From Alphaproteobacteria bacterium (GTDB lineage Bacteria; Pseudomonadota; Alphaproteobacteria; UBA828): DNA of 64,000 nt. The translations under genes were made by a program, and so were the position numbers. Under the pieces are notes generated by a model. It was not told the DNA's origin. It searched no databases and worked only from the letters and a program-made list of their open reading frames with translations. The stretch is from contig CBDEUP010000007.1 of assembly GCA_965243315.1 (NCBI GenBank), positions 664,221 through 728,220 of the forward strand. Reading direction: 5' to 3'. This document shows positions 9,479 to 17,430 of the stretch, one piece after another (position 1 is the stretch's first letter; every line of letters starts with the position of its first letter).

Positions 9479-10624
9479 CTAGCCGGCCCCGCCGACGGTA
9501 ATCGACTGGCCGGGGCGGAGGCGCTCGTTGCCGCGCACGACGACAGGCTCGCCGGGGCCGAGGCCGCCCAGCACCTCGAAACGCCCGCCGACAGCGGCAC
9601 CCAGTTGCACCGGGCGGATCTGCGCTTGCCCGTCCTTGGCGACATAGACGAACGCCTGACCCTGATTGCGGACGATGGCGTCCTTGTGCACCGTCAGCAC
9701 GTCGCGGCCTCGCCCGGCCGGCAGCACCACCGTCGCCGACTGGTTGATCGCGAGCGGCTTACCCAGCGCCGAGAAGTGCGGCGTGAAGCGCACTTGGCGG
9801 GTGCGGGTGAGCGCGTTCTCCTGCGGCACGACGGTGCGCACGACCGCCGTGTGCTCGCTCCCGTCGTCGAGGACCACCGAGACCTGCGTGCCGGTTTCGA
9901 GAGCCCCGATGCGGCTCGACGGCACATCGGCTTCGACCTCGAGATCCTGATTGTTGATCATGGACACCACCCGCTCGCCGACGCCGAGCCAGGCGCCGAC
10001 CTCGGTGTGCACCAGAGTGATGACGCCGGGGTAGGGCGCGGTGATCGTCGCCCATGCGAGATCGATCTCGGCGAGCGAGAGGCTTGCCGCCGCGCTGAGC
10101 CGGGCGGCATCGGCCGTGCCGATGGCGCTCTCGGCGATGATGACCTGCTGTCGGGCGTCCTCGAAGCGGCTCTGGCTGAACGCGGCCGAGTCCCGGAGCC
10201 CTTCCAGCCGTCGCAACTCCTGGCGGTGAAGGGTCGACTGGGCTATCAGGCGCTCCACCTGGGCCTGGGCCTCGTTGACGATCGCAGCCAGGCGATCGCG
10301 CTCGGCCCGGAGCCGGATCGTGTCCAGAACGGCAATGAGGTCGCCCGTCTCCACGCGATCGCCGACGGATACGTGGAGCGCAGCGACCGGACCTGCGGTG
10401 CGGGCGGCGACTTCGCCTGCCCGTTTCGCGACCAGGCGTCCGATCACCGGCACGGTCTGCGCCATGGCCTCCATGCGCACCTCGTCGACGGAGACCACGG
10501 CCGGCGGCTGCTGGGCTGCCCCCTCGCCTGTGCCCGTCCCGAGCCAGAGCGCGGCGGCAACGGCAGCGGCGAGTGCCCGAAGGCCAAGCCGAGAGAGACC
10601 GTGTCTCCACCGGCGCTCGCTCAC
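9479..10624 (-). CDS. RND efflux periplasmic adaptor (membrane fusion protein, HlyD/AcrA family)
   Basis: 381 aa. N-terminal signal/anchor, coiled-coil hairpin region, and beta-barrel/membrane-proximal-domain-like C-terminus. Ends 15 nt upstream of the RND permease start. Confidence 0.85.
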   Translation of the reverse strand: MSERRWRHGLSRLGLRALAAAVAAALWLGTGTGEGAAQQPPAVVSVDEVRMEAMAQTVPVIGRLVAKRAGEVAARTAGPVAALHVSVGDRVETGDLIAVLDTIRLRAERDRLAAIVNEAQAQVERLIAQSTLHRQELRRLEGLRDSAAFSQSRFEDARQQVIIAESAIGTADAARLSAAASLSLAEIDLAWATITAPYPGVITLVHTEVGAWLGVGERVVSMINNQDLEVEADVPSSRIGALETGTQVSVVLDDGSEHTAVVRTVVPQENALTRTRQVRFTPHFSALGKPLAINQSATVVLPAGRGRDVLTVHKDAIVRNQGQAFVYVAKDGQAQIRPVQLGAAVGGRFEVLGGLGPGEPVVVRGNERLRPGQSITVGGAG

Positions 10625-11073
10625 TGAGGCGTCTTCCCGTCGCCCCGACCAGCGCAGGGTCGCCGATGAGCAGCCAGCGCGCGGCCGATCGCGACGACTT
10701 CAGGTGCCGCCATCCGCTCGCTGGCGACCGCATCGCCCGGCTCCATGAAGCGCAGAACGAGCGGCTCGCCCGGCGGCGTTGCCGGCTCACCGGCCCCTTC
10801 GACCGCGTAATAGAGGGGCGTGTACAGCCCGTGAATCCAGTGGCTGTAGAGAGTGCCCGGCACGTGGAGCAGGCGGGTCGGCTCGACTTCGAGGCGCCCT
10901 TCCTCCATGAACTCGCGGCAGAGCGCCTGTTCCGGCGTCTCGCCGGCCTCGACCGCGCCGCCGGGGAGCTTGAGAACGTCGCGCCCGCCGACTTTCTCAT
11001 CCGCGATCAACACACGGCCGCCGCGCAGCAGCACGCCGTAGACGCGCACATTCGCAGGGCCTTGCTGAGTCAC
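10621..11073 (-). CDS. NUDIX hydrolase
   Basis: Nudix box GGAVEAGETPEQALCREFMEEGRL (GX5EX7REUXEEXGU). Its stop overlaps the membrane-fusion-protein start (ATGA). Confidence 0.8.
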   Translation of the reverse strand: MTQQGPANVRVYGVLLRGGRVLIADEKVGGRDVLKLPGGAVEAGETPEQALCREFMEEGRLEVEPTRLLHVPGTLYSHWIHGLYTPLYYAVEGAGEPATPPGEPLVLRFMEPGDAVASERMAAPEVVAIGRALAAHRRPCAGRGDGKTPQ

Positions 11074-11244
11074 GGTGCTTCTCCCTTCTCAATTCGCCGC
11101 GCGGCACGCGCTGCCCGGCATTTGGCCCGCCGTTTCTACACGAAGCGGATGCGCCGGTCACAACGAAGTCGGCACGCGCGGATCATGGCGAGAGGCGCAT
11201 GGCGCCGCATCGCTGGCCGGGCTATAAGCCCTCGCGGAGGGACG

Positions 11245-12300
11245 ATGGCAAGAGAAACCCGGAGCCACGCGGCGGTCGGCATCATCGCCAACCCCGCCGC
11301 CGGCCGCGACATCAGGCGCCTGGTCGCCCAGGCATCGGTGTTCCCGATCGCCGAGAAGCGCAACATGATCACGCGCATCTTCTCCGCCCTCGGCGCGGTC
11401 GGCGTGAGCACCTGCTACATGATTCCGGACGAGAGCGGCATCGCCGACCGGGTGAAGCGGGCGATCGGCCTGGGTCCGCCGGAGGGCCAGGTGTGGCCCG
11501 AGGTGGAGTTCCTCGACATGCCGATCGAGGGCTCGCCTGCCGACACGCTCGAAGCCACCGCCCGAATGGTCGAACGAGGTGTCGGCGGAATCATGGTGCT
11601 CGGCGGCGACGGCACCAACCGGCTGGTTGCGCAGGCCTGCGACGGGGTGCCGCTGACCTCGCTCTCGACCGGGACCAACAACGTCTTTCCGATGATGCGC
11701 GAAGCGACCATCGCCGGCCTCGCGGCGGGACTGGTTGCGACCGGTGCGCTGCCACGCGACCAGGCGGCGCGGCGCAACAAGGTGCTCCGCGTCACGGTCA
11801 ACGGCGCGCCGCGCGATATCGCGCTTGTCGACGTCTGCGTCAGCGGCGAGACCTGGACCGGGGCGAAGGCACTATGGCGGGCAGATTCGCTCGACCAGTT
11901 GTTCGTGACGTTCGCCGAGGCCGACGCCATCGGCCTCTCCTCGGTCGCGGGCCTCGTGCGCCCGGTCTCACGCGATGAGCCGACCGGCGTCGCCGTCGAT
12001 CTGGCGGCAGCGCCGGGCGCGGCACGGACGGTCTCGGCGCCGCTCGCGCCGGGGCTGATGGCGGAGATCGGGGTCGAGCGGGTGGTCGATCTGGTGGCCG
12101 GCGTGCCACATCCGATCCGGCTCGAGCGCGGCGTTGTGGCGCTCGACGGCGAGCGCGAAATCGCCTTCGGCCCCAACGATCGGGTCGCGGTGGTGCTGCA
12201 GCCGGACGGCCCGCTCACCGTCGAGATTGCTCGGGCGATGGCGCTCGCGGCAAGGGAAGGGCTGTTGGAGCAGCCTGCTGCTGCGCGCGTCCCCTCATGA
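11245..12300 (+). CDS. ATP-NAD kinase family protein (NAD kinase-like / AcoX-like, GGDGT motif)
   Basis: VLGGDGTNRLV catalytic-loop motif of the NAD kinase / diacylglycerol kinase fold. Start chosen at the ATG preceded by GGAGGG. The track ORF (from 10573) extends upstream over the NUDIX gene on the other strand and is rejected. Confidence 0.55.
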   Translation: MARETRSHAAVGIIANPAAGRDIRRLVAQASVFPIAEKRNMITRIFSALGAVGVSTCYMIPDESGIADRVKRAIGLGPPEGQVWPEVEFLDMPIEGSPADTLEATARMVERGVGGIMVLGGDGTNRLVAQACDGVPLTSLSTGTNNVFPMMREATIAGLAAGLVATGALPRDQAARRNKVLRVTVNGAPRDIALVDVCVSGETWTGAKALWRADSLDQLFVTFAEADAIGLSSVAGLVRPVSRDEPTGVAVDLAAAPGAARTVSAPLAPGLMAEIGVERVVDLVAGVPHPIRLERGVVALDGEREIAFGPNDRVAVVLQPDGPLTVEIARAMALAAREGLLEQPAAARVPS

Positions 12301-12401
12301 CGGCGCTTTCGCCGGCCAGGACGCGTCGCCACCGGCAGGAAGGGCTTGCCCAGCGGGCGGCTTTGGCTAACATGCCCGGCGACAACTGACGGGGAACGGC
12401 C

Positions 12402-12680
12402 GTGGCAATCTTAGACGAGCATCGTATGCGTCGCCTGCGCCAGCTCTGGCACTCCGGCGAGGCGCCGGCGCTGGTGTTTGCGCTGGTATTCTGTGTCGTC
12501 ACTGCCTACCTGATGGTGAGTGCGGAGCTTCTCCCTGCGGAAGACGGATACGGCATCGCCGGAGTTCTCTTCATTTACGTCACCGTGTTCGTGCTGGCGG
12601 GCGGCATTTTCAAGATGATCCTGAAGCCGGCGTTGCGGTTGTGGGCGAAGTCCCGCGCCGGAGGCGACAGCGGGGCTTAA
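12402..12680 (+). CDS. small membrane protein with two predicted transmembrane helices; hypothetical
   Basis: 92-aa ORF with two hydrophobic segments and a GTG start. Sits immediately upstream of two DMT transporter genes. Confidence 0.3.
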   Translation: MAILDEHRMRRLRQLWHSGEAPALVFALVFCVVTAYLMVSAELLPAEDGYGIAGVLFIYVTVFVLAGGIFKMILKPALRLWAKSRAGGDSGA

Positions 12681-12719
12681 GGCCCTTGGCGGCGCAGCCG
12701 GCCGCCCCATTCGCATCCC

Positions 12720-13715
12720 TTGTCCCTTCGGGACTCCGAGCCTTCTGACGATCCGAGCGCCATACGCGTCGGCCGCGCTCGCCGCTGGGCCGGGCGGCCG
12801 GCGGGGTTCTGGATCGCGGTCGGGCTGCTCTTCCTCACGGGCGTCCTCTACGGCCTGAGCTACTCGCTCACCGGGGTCTCCGTCGCCAATGGCGTCCCCT
12901 TCACCAGCTTCGTGCTGTTGATGGGCATGGGCGGGGCCGCGGTGAGCCTGCTGCTGGCGCTCATCTACGGGCAACCGCCGCCGCTCTCCCGCGCCCACAT
13001 AAGCTCCTACGCAGTCGCCGGCATCTCGGGCTATGGCGTTCCATTCCTGACCGTGGGCTTCGTCAGCGGCGAAGGCGTGCCGGCCGGCATCATCAGCATG
13101 CTCGTGGTGCTGTCCCCCATCCTCACCTACGTGGGCGCGGTCGCCTTCAGGCTGGAAAGGATCTGGTGGCCTCGCGTCCTCGGCTTCGCCGTCGGCATCG
13201 TCGGGGTTGCGCTTTTGGTGGTGCCGGAGACCAGCCTGCCCTCGCGCGACCTAGTGCCGTGGATCCTGCTCGCCCTGCTGCTGCCGGTGGGCTACACGAC
13301 CACCAGCCTGGCCACGGCGATCATGCGCCCGCCGGCGACCGACTCCCTCCACTTCGCATTCGGCTTCTTCTTCTTCGGCTCGCTCCCGATCCTCGCGGCC
13401 GTGGCTGCGACCGACGGCTGGTGGTGGTTCGAGGGTCCGATGGACGCGGGCGATTGGGCGCTGATCACCGCCATCTTCGTCCAGGCGCTTGGCATTTACC
13501 TGTTCGTCGAGCTGATCCGCTTCCTTGGGCCGGTCTTTTTCTCGACGGTGAACTTCATCGTCGCCCTTTCCGGCATCGGCTGGGGCATCCTGTTCTTCGG
13601 CGAAAGCCACAGCCACTGGGTCTGGCTCGCCCTGCTCTGCCTCATGCTGGGGGTCTTCTTCGTCATCCTGCGCCGCCGCGAGCGCCCGGAGCCGGGGGAG
13701 GCCGAGCCGGGCTAG
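12720..13715 (+). CDS. DMT-superfamily (EamA-like) membrane transporter
   Basis: About 10 hydrophobic helices. The ORF opens with TTG and there is no in-frame ATG or GTG near the 5' end, so the start is uncertain. Confidence 0.5.
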   Translation: MSLRDSEPSDDPSAIRVGRARRWAGRPAGFWIAVGLLFLTGVLYGLSYSLTGVSVANGVPFTSFVLLMGMGGAAVSLLLALIYGQPPPLSRAHISSYAVAGISGYGVPFLTVGFVSGEGVPAGIISMLVVLSPILTYVGAVAFRLERIWWPRVLGFAVGIVGVALLVVPETSLPSRDLVPWILLALLLPVGYTTTSLATAIMRPPATDSLHFAFGFFFFGSLPILAAVAATDGWWWFEGPMDAGDWALITAIFVQALGIYLFVELIRFLGPVFFSTVNFIVALSGIGWGILFFGESHSHWVWLALLCLMLGVFFVILRRRERPEPGEAEPG

Positions 13716-13778
13716 CCGCGCCGCTCGGGCCCCTGACCGGTCCTGGGCCCGCCGGCGTTGCGTTCGCCCCGGATTGCC

Positions 13779-14645
13779 ATGTCGATCCCCCACATCGCGC
13801 TCGCCCTCGCCGTGACCGTCCTCTGGGGCTTCTCCTTCGTGGTCATGCGGGATCTTGTCGACGCCCTGCCTCCGCTCATGGTGGCCGGGCTCCGCGTCGT
13901 CATTGCCGCGTTGCCCGTCCTGATTCTCTTTCGCCCGCCGGCGATCCGCTGGTACTGGACCCTGGGCATCGGCCTGACCCAGGGCACGATCCAGATGTCG
14001 CTGCTGTTCTTCGCCATGGAATTCGGCATGCCGGCAGGGCTCAGCTCGCTGCTGCTCCAGTCGCAGGTCTTTTTCACCACGATCTTCGCCTTCGCGATCC
14101 TGGGCGAGAAGCCGGGGCGCGCCCAGTATGCGGGCATCGCCGTCTCCGGCGCGGGCATCGCCATCATCGGCCTTACCCTGCCTGGCGGCCCGACTCTCGT
14201 GGGCCTCGGCTTCGTGCTCGTGTCCGCCTTGAGCTGGGCCTCCTCCAACATGATCGTCAAGCTCGCTGGCACCGACGACCTGCTGCGTCTGATCGCCTGG
14301 GCACACCTGATCGGCATCGCACCACTGCTCGGGCTCTCTTACGTCTTCGAAGGAGGGCCGGCGGTCTTCATCGCGCTCACCGACATGACCTTGGTGACTA
14401 TTGGGGAGCTGTTCTTCCTCGGTCTGATCGCCACCTGCTTCGGCTTCATGCTGTGGAGCTACCTGCTGCGCCGCTATCCGGCCTATCTGGTGACGCCCTT
14501 CTCGCTGGTCATTCCGATTTCGGGCCTGATCAGCACCGCGCTGTTGCTGGACGAAAGCCTGGGGCCGCAGCGGCTCGCGGGCGTCGGGCTGGTGCTCATC
14601 GGCCTCGTTCTGGCGACGCTCCGCTTCCGTGCCCGCCGCGCCTAG
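13779..14645 (+). CDS. EamA/DMT family transporter (RhaT/EamA-like)
   Basis: Two EamA repeats and 10 transmembrane helices (ILGEKPGRAQYAGIAVSGAGIAI). ATG at the internal Met8 of the track ORF. Confidence 0.7.
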   Translation: MSIPHIALALAVTVLWGFSFVVMRDLVDALPPLMVAGLRVVIAALPVLILFRPPAIRWYWTLGIGLTQGTIQMSLLFFAMEFGMPAGLSSLLLQSQVFFTTIFAFAILGEKPGRAQYAGIAVSGAGIAIIGLTLPGGPTLVGLGFVLVSALSWASSNMIVKLAGTDDLLRLIAWAHLIGIAPLLGLSYVFEGGPAVFIALTDMTLVTIGELFFLGLIATCFGFMLWSYLLRRYPAYLVTPFSLVIPISGLISTALLLDESLGPQRLAGVGLVLIGLVLATLRFRARRA

Positions 14646-14698
14646 CGTCTTTAGCGGGGAAGCTGGCAACCACCGCACTGTGCGGGTACGCTCCCGCG

Positions 14699-15550
14699 AT
14701 GAAGAAACACCACACGCTACTCGCCCGCACCCTCGTTGCAGCCGGCCTCGCTTTCGGCCTTGCCTTTGCCCTCGCCCAGCCAGGGCAGGCAGAGGTGGTC
14801 TGCGATCCCGAAGCGATTGAAGACGGCCGCTGCGATCCCGGCGCCCCCGCCAAGAGCATGGAAGGCGGTTCTGCCGCTTCAGTCGGCGGTCTGCCGGTCG
14901 ACGCCATCCGACAGATCATCCGGGACTATCTCCTCGAGCAGCCGGAGCTGCTGATCGAGGTTCAGCAGGCGCTGCAGGCCAAGCGCGATGCCGCCGCCGC
15001 CGCAGAGGCGCAGCACGCCATTCAGCGCTATCGCGACGAAATTTTCGGTGACCCGGAGGCCCCGGTGGCGGGGAATACCGAGGGCGCCATCGCGCTGGTC
15101 GAGTTTTTCGACTATCGCTGCGGCTACTGCCGACGGGTGAAACCGACGCTCGAAACCCTGCTCGCGGAAAACGACGACCTTCGCCTCGTCTTCAAGGAGT
15201 TCCCGATCCTGGGGCCGGAATCGACGTTGGCAGCGCGCGCGGCGCTCGCATCCCGGGCCCAGGGCCTCTACGAGCCATTTCATTGGGCGTTGCTCGGCAC
15301 CGACGGCCCCTTCGACCTCGACCATATCCTCGAGGTCGCGCGCTCGGTCGGCCTCGACGACGAGCGGCTCGCGCGCGACATGGAGGATCCGGCCATCGAC
15401 ACGCTGATCGATCGGAACGCCGTGCTCGCCAATCTGTTGGGGATCAGGGGAACGCCGGCCTTCGTCGTCGGTGATCGCATGATCCGGGGCGCTCTGCCGA
15501 TCGGGCAATTCCGCACCGCCATCGCCGACGCACGGCAGGCCCTGCAGTAA
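14699..15550 (+). CDS. periplasmic DsbA-family thiol:disulfide oxidoreductase
   Basis: Signal peptide MKKHHTLLARTLVAAGLAFGLAFALA, a thioredoxin fold and the CxxC active site FDYRCGYCRR. 283 aa. The start was computed from the ORF end (15550 minus 852 plus 1). Confidence 0.8.
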   Translation: MKKHHTLLARTLVAAGLAFGLAFALAQPGQAEVVCDPEAIEDGRCDPGAPAKSMEGGSAASVGGLPVDAIRQIIRDYLLEQPELLIEVQQALQAKRDAAAAAEAQHAIQRYRDEIFGDPEAPVAGNTEGAIALVEFFDYRCGYCRRVKPTLETLLAENDDLRLVFKEFPILGPESTLAARAALASRAQGLYEPFHWALLGTDGPFDLDHILEVARSVGLDDERLARDMEDPAIDTLIDRNAVLANLLGIRGTPAFVVGDRMIRGALPIGQFRTAIADARQALQ

Positions 15551-15585
15551 GGCGCGAGCGCCGCCGCCAACTGACCCAAAGAGAA

Positions 15586-15607
15586 GGGCGGGCCCGAAGG
15601 CCCGCCC
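15586..15607. terminator. GC-rich hairpin (GGGCGGGCC-CGAA-GGCCCGCCC) between convergent genes, followed by a T-run on the minus strand
   Basis: Perfect 9-bp stem with a 4-nt loop. TTCTCTTT follows on the minus strand. Likely terminates the amt plus small-gene transcript and may also act for the DsbA gene. Confidence 0.5.
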
Positions 15608-15633
15608 CGTACAGTGTCGACGGTGGTAAGAGG

Positions 15634-15891
15634 TCAGCTCTTGCTGATCTGGACCTCGTCCGCCGTCGCGATCGTGCCGGTGGCATGGTGCATGGCGCGC
15701 TCCATGCCAACCTCGCGGTAGAGCTTGACCGCTTCGCGGTACTCGCTCTCCTCCTGGTAGATCTGGAAGAAGTGCCAGCCCACCCAGAGGGCCACGAGGA
15801 TACCGACCATCGCCGTCTCGGCGCCCACGCCAGGGTACATGGCGCCGATTTCGGCGGGGTTGGTAAAGGAGTCCAAGCCGGTCGAAGCCAT
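15634..15891 (-). CDS. small single-transmembrane-helix protein co-transcribed downstream of the ammonium transporter; unknown function
   Basis: 85 aa. Canonical AGGAGG Shine-Dalgarno 5 nt upstream of the ATG and only 9 nt after the amt stop. One hydrophobic helix (AMVGILVALWVGWHFF) then a charged C-terminal region. Confidence 0.6.
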   Translation of the reverse strand: MASTGLDSFTNPAEIGAMYPGVGAETAMVGILVALWVGWHFFQIYQEESEYREAVKLYREVGMERAMHHATGTIATADEVQISKS

Positions 15892-15900
15892 CTTATCCTC

Positions 15901-17319
15901 CTATTCCTTGGCGTAGGTGCGTTCGATCTTCTCGAACGCCGTTTCCTGGTGTGCATGGTAGGGATAGGCATCGCCGAGTTGATGCGTATCCAGACCCGCC
16001 AGCTCGACCTCGCGCGGCACCCGCAGCATATTGAAGTACTGCAGGACCCTTGCCAGGACGTAGCAGGGCAGGAAGCCCAGCACCCAGAACATGATGATCG
16101 CCCCCAGAATCTGGCCGACCGGATTGATTTGCGGCAGGCCTTCCGGAGTCGTGAACAGGGCGATCGAGGCCTCGCGTGCACCGTAGTCGCCGAACGTCGG
16201 CGCTGCGGCCGGGTAACCCCAGAGCACGAAGCCACACACGATGACGCCGAAGAAACCGGCGTAACCGTGCACGGCGACCGCTCCGACCGCGTCGTCGATC
16301 TTGAACTTACGCTCGACCCAGTGGTGCATGTAGAACATGAACACCACGCCGGCCCCACCGATGAACAGCGCCTGCAACGGGTGATAGAGGTCGTTGCCGG
16401 CAGAGGCCGCGATGATGCCGCCGAGACCGCCTGAGTATGTCCAGAACGGATTGCCCTTGCTGACGAGGTAAGCCGCCATCAGGCCGCCCGAGAAGGACAT
16501 CAGGAAGTTGTAGACGATCGCGGACAGCGTCGTCGGCATCCCGTAGATGTTGGTCGCCGAGAAGAAGGTCCCTGCCTCGCCGCCGATGTCGATGATCGGC
16601 ACGTTGCAGGCCGCGTAGAAGCCCCAGAAGCCGGTAAAGATCAGGAACAGCCCGACCGTGACCAGCCATGGGTTGTGCGGCTTGATATCGTTGACCTCTC
16701 CGTTCGGCCCGAACTTGCCGATGCGTGGCCCCAGCACAAAGAGGATCGCGAGGGCCGAGCCGCCGGCGATGGCGTGCACCACGCCGGATGCGTAGGCATC
16801 GTGATAGCCCAGGATCTGAACCATCCAGCCGCCCGGGTGCCAGCCCCAGGCCGCGTCGAGGATCCAGGTGAAGGAGCCGATCAGGACCGCGAAGATGAGG
16901 AACGCGCCGGTCTTGATACGCTCGATCACCGCGCCCGAGACAATCGAGGCGGTGGTCCATGAGAAGAGCAGGAACGCCGCCCAGAACACGCCTAGGATGC
17001 GGTCCTGCATGTGAGCGCCCATGAACTCGTCCCACGGCTCCGCGAACGACGCATCGGAGAATCCGCCGGATGCGAACGGAACATTGGGAAATGCGAAATA
17101 GACGTACCATCCGAAGAAGAAGAACGTGACGGTGACCAGAGGGATCAGCATCGTGTTCTTCATCAACGTGTGCAGAACATTCTTGCGCCGGGACGCCCCT
17201 ACCTCGTAGGTGCAGAACCCGGCGTGAATGAGGAACATCATGACCACCGTGATCCAGTAGTAGGATTCGGTGAAAATTGTTGTCAAGGCATCGACAGGAT
17301 CACCCATAGCGCCCCCCAT
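15901..17319 (-). CDS. amt: ammonium transporter (Amt family)
   Basis: Amt signature regions (GVVHAIAGGSALAILFVLGPRIGKF is like the D[FY]AGGTVVH motif; DDAVGAVAVHGYAGFFG is like DVFGVHG.GG). 11 transmembrane helices. The track ORF starts at 17409; I prefer the Met31 ATG at 17319 (the Met35 ATG at 17307 is also possible). Confidence 0.85.
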   Translation of the reverse strand: MGGAMGDPVDALTTIFTESYYWITVVMMFLIHAGFCTYEVGASRRKNVLHTLMKNTMLIPLVTVTFFFFGWYVYFAFPNVPFASGGFSDASFAEPWDEFMGAHMQDRILGVFWAAFLLFSWTTASIVSGAVIERIKTGAFLIFAVLIGSFTWILDAAWGWHPGGWMVQILGYHDAYASGVVHAIAGGSALAILFVLGPRIGKFGPNGEVNDIKPHNPWLVTVGLFLIFTGFWGFYAACNVPIIDIGGEAGTFFSATNIYGMPTTLSAIVYNFLMSFSGGLMAAYLVSKGNPFWTYSGGLGGIIAASAGNDLYHPLQALFIGGAGVVFMFYMHHWVERKFKIDDAVGAVAVHGYAGFFGVIVCGFVLWGYPAAAPTFGDYGAREASIALFTTPEGLPQINPVGQILGAIIMFWVLGFLPCYVLARVLQYFNMLRVPREVELAGLDTHQLGDAYPYHAHQETAFEKIERTYAKE

Positions 17320-17421
17320 ACCTTGTGGATGCCGCACGCCAAATCGTTGTCGCTCGCGGCGCAGCGGCCCGAGTCGCGACCACGAATCTTGAGCAGCCCG
17401 CGGGGGCATGTCCAGCGCCGC

Positions 17422-17430
17422 CTGCCACGG
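17422..17430. repeat. left copy of the 9-bp target-site duplication CTGCCACGG flanking the IS256-family element
   Basis: Identical 9-mer directly abutting both IS termini. Confidence 0.7.

Noticed and set aside
8873-10627. Long ORFs antisense to known genes: 8873..10627 (+), 11415..12332 (-), 13251..14678 (-), 16307..17110 (-), 19938..21338 (+), 26665..28758 (+), 29682..30977 (-), 34965..36743 (+), 50910..52562 (+), 52749..54344 (+), 58771..60213 (-), and the many Arg/Pro/Ala-rich ORFs.
   Set aside because: They lie opposite or overlapping strongly supported genes, have Arg/Ala/Pro-rich low-complexity translations typical of antisense frames in 70% GC DNA, and carry no recognisable motifs.
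10573-12300. A 575-aa plus-strand ORF that begins inside the NUDIX gene.
   Set aside because: The N-terminal 224 codons are antisense to the NUDIX and membrane-fusion-protein region and have no similarity to anything. The GGDGT-kinase homology begins at the ATG at 11245, which carries a GGAGGG ribosome-binding site.
17320-17421. A possible sigma-54 (-24/-12) promoter for amt in the remaining native upstream sequence (TGGCGTGCGGCATCCA).
   Set aside because: It matches TGGCAC-N5-TTGCW only weakly and lies only about 10 nt from the start codon. It is not convincing.
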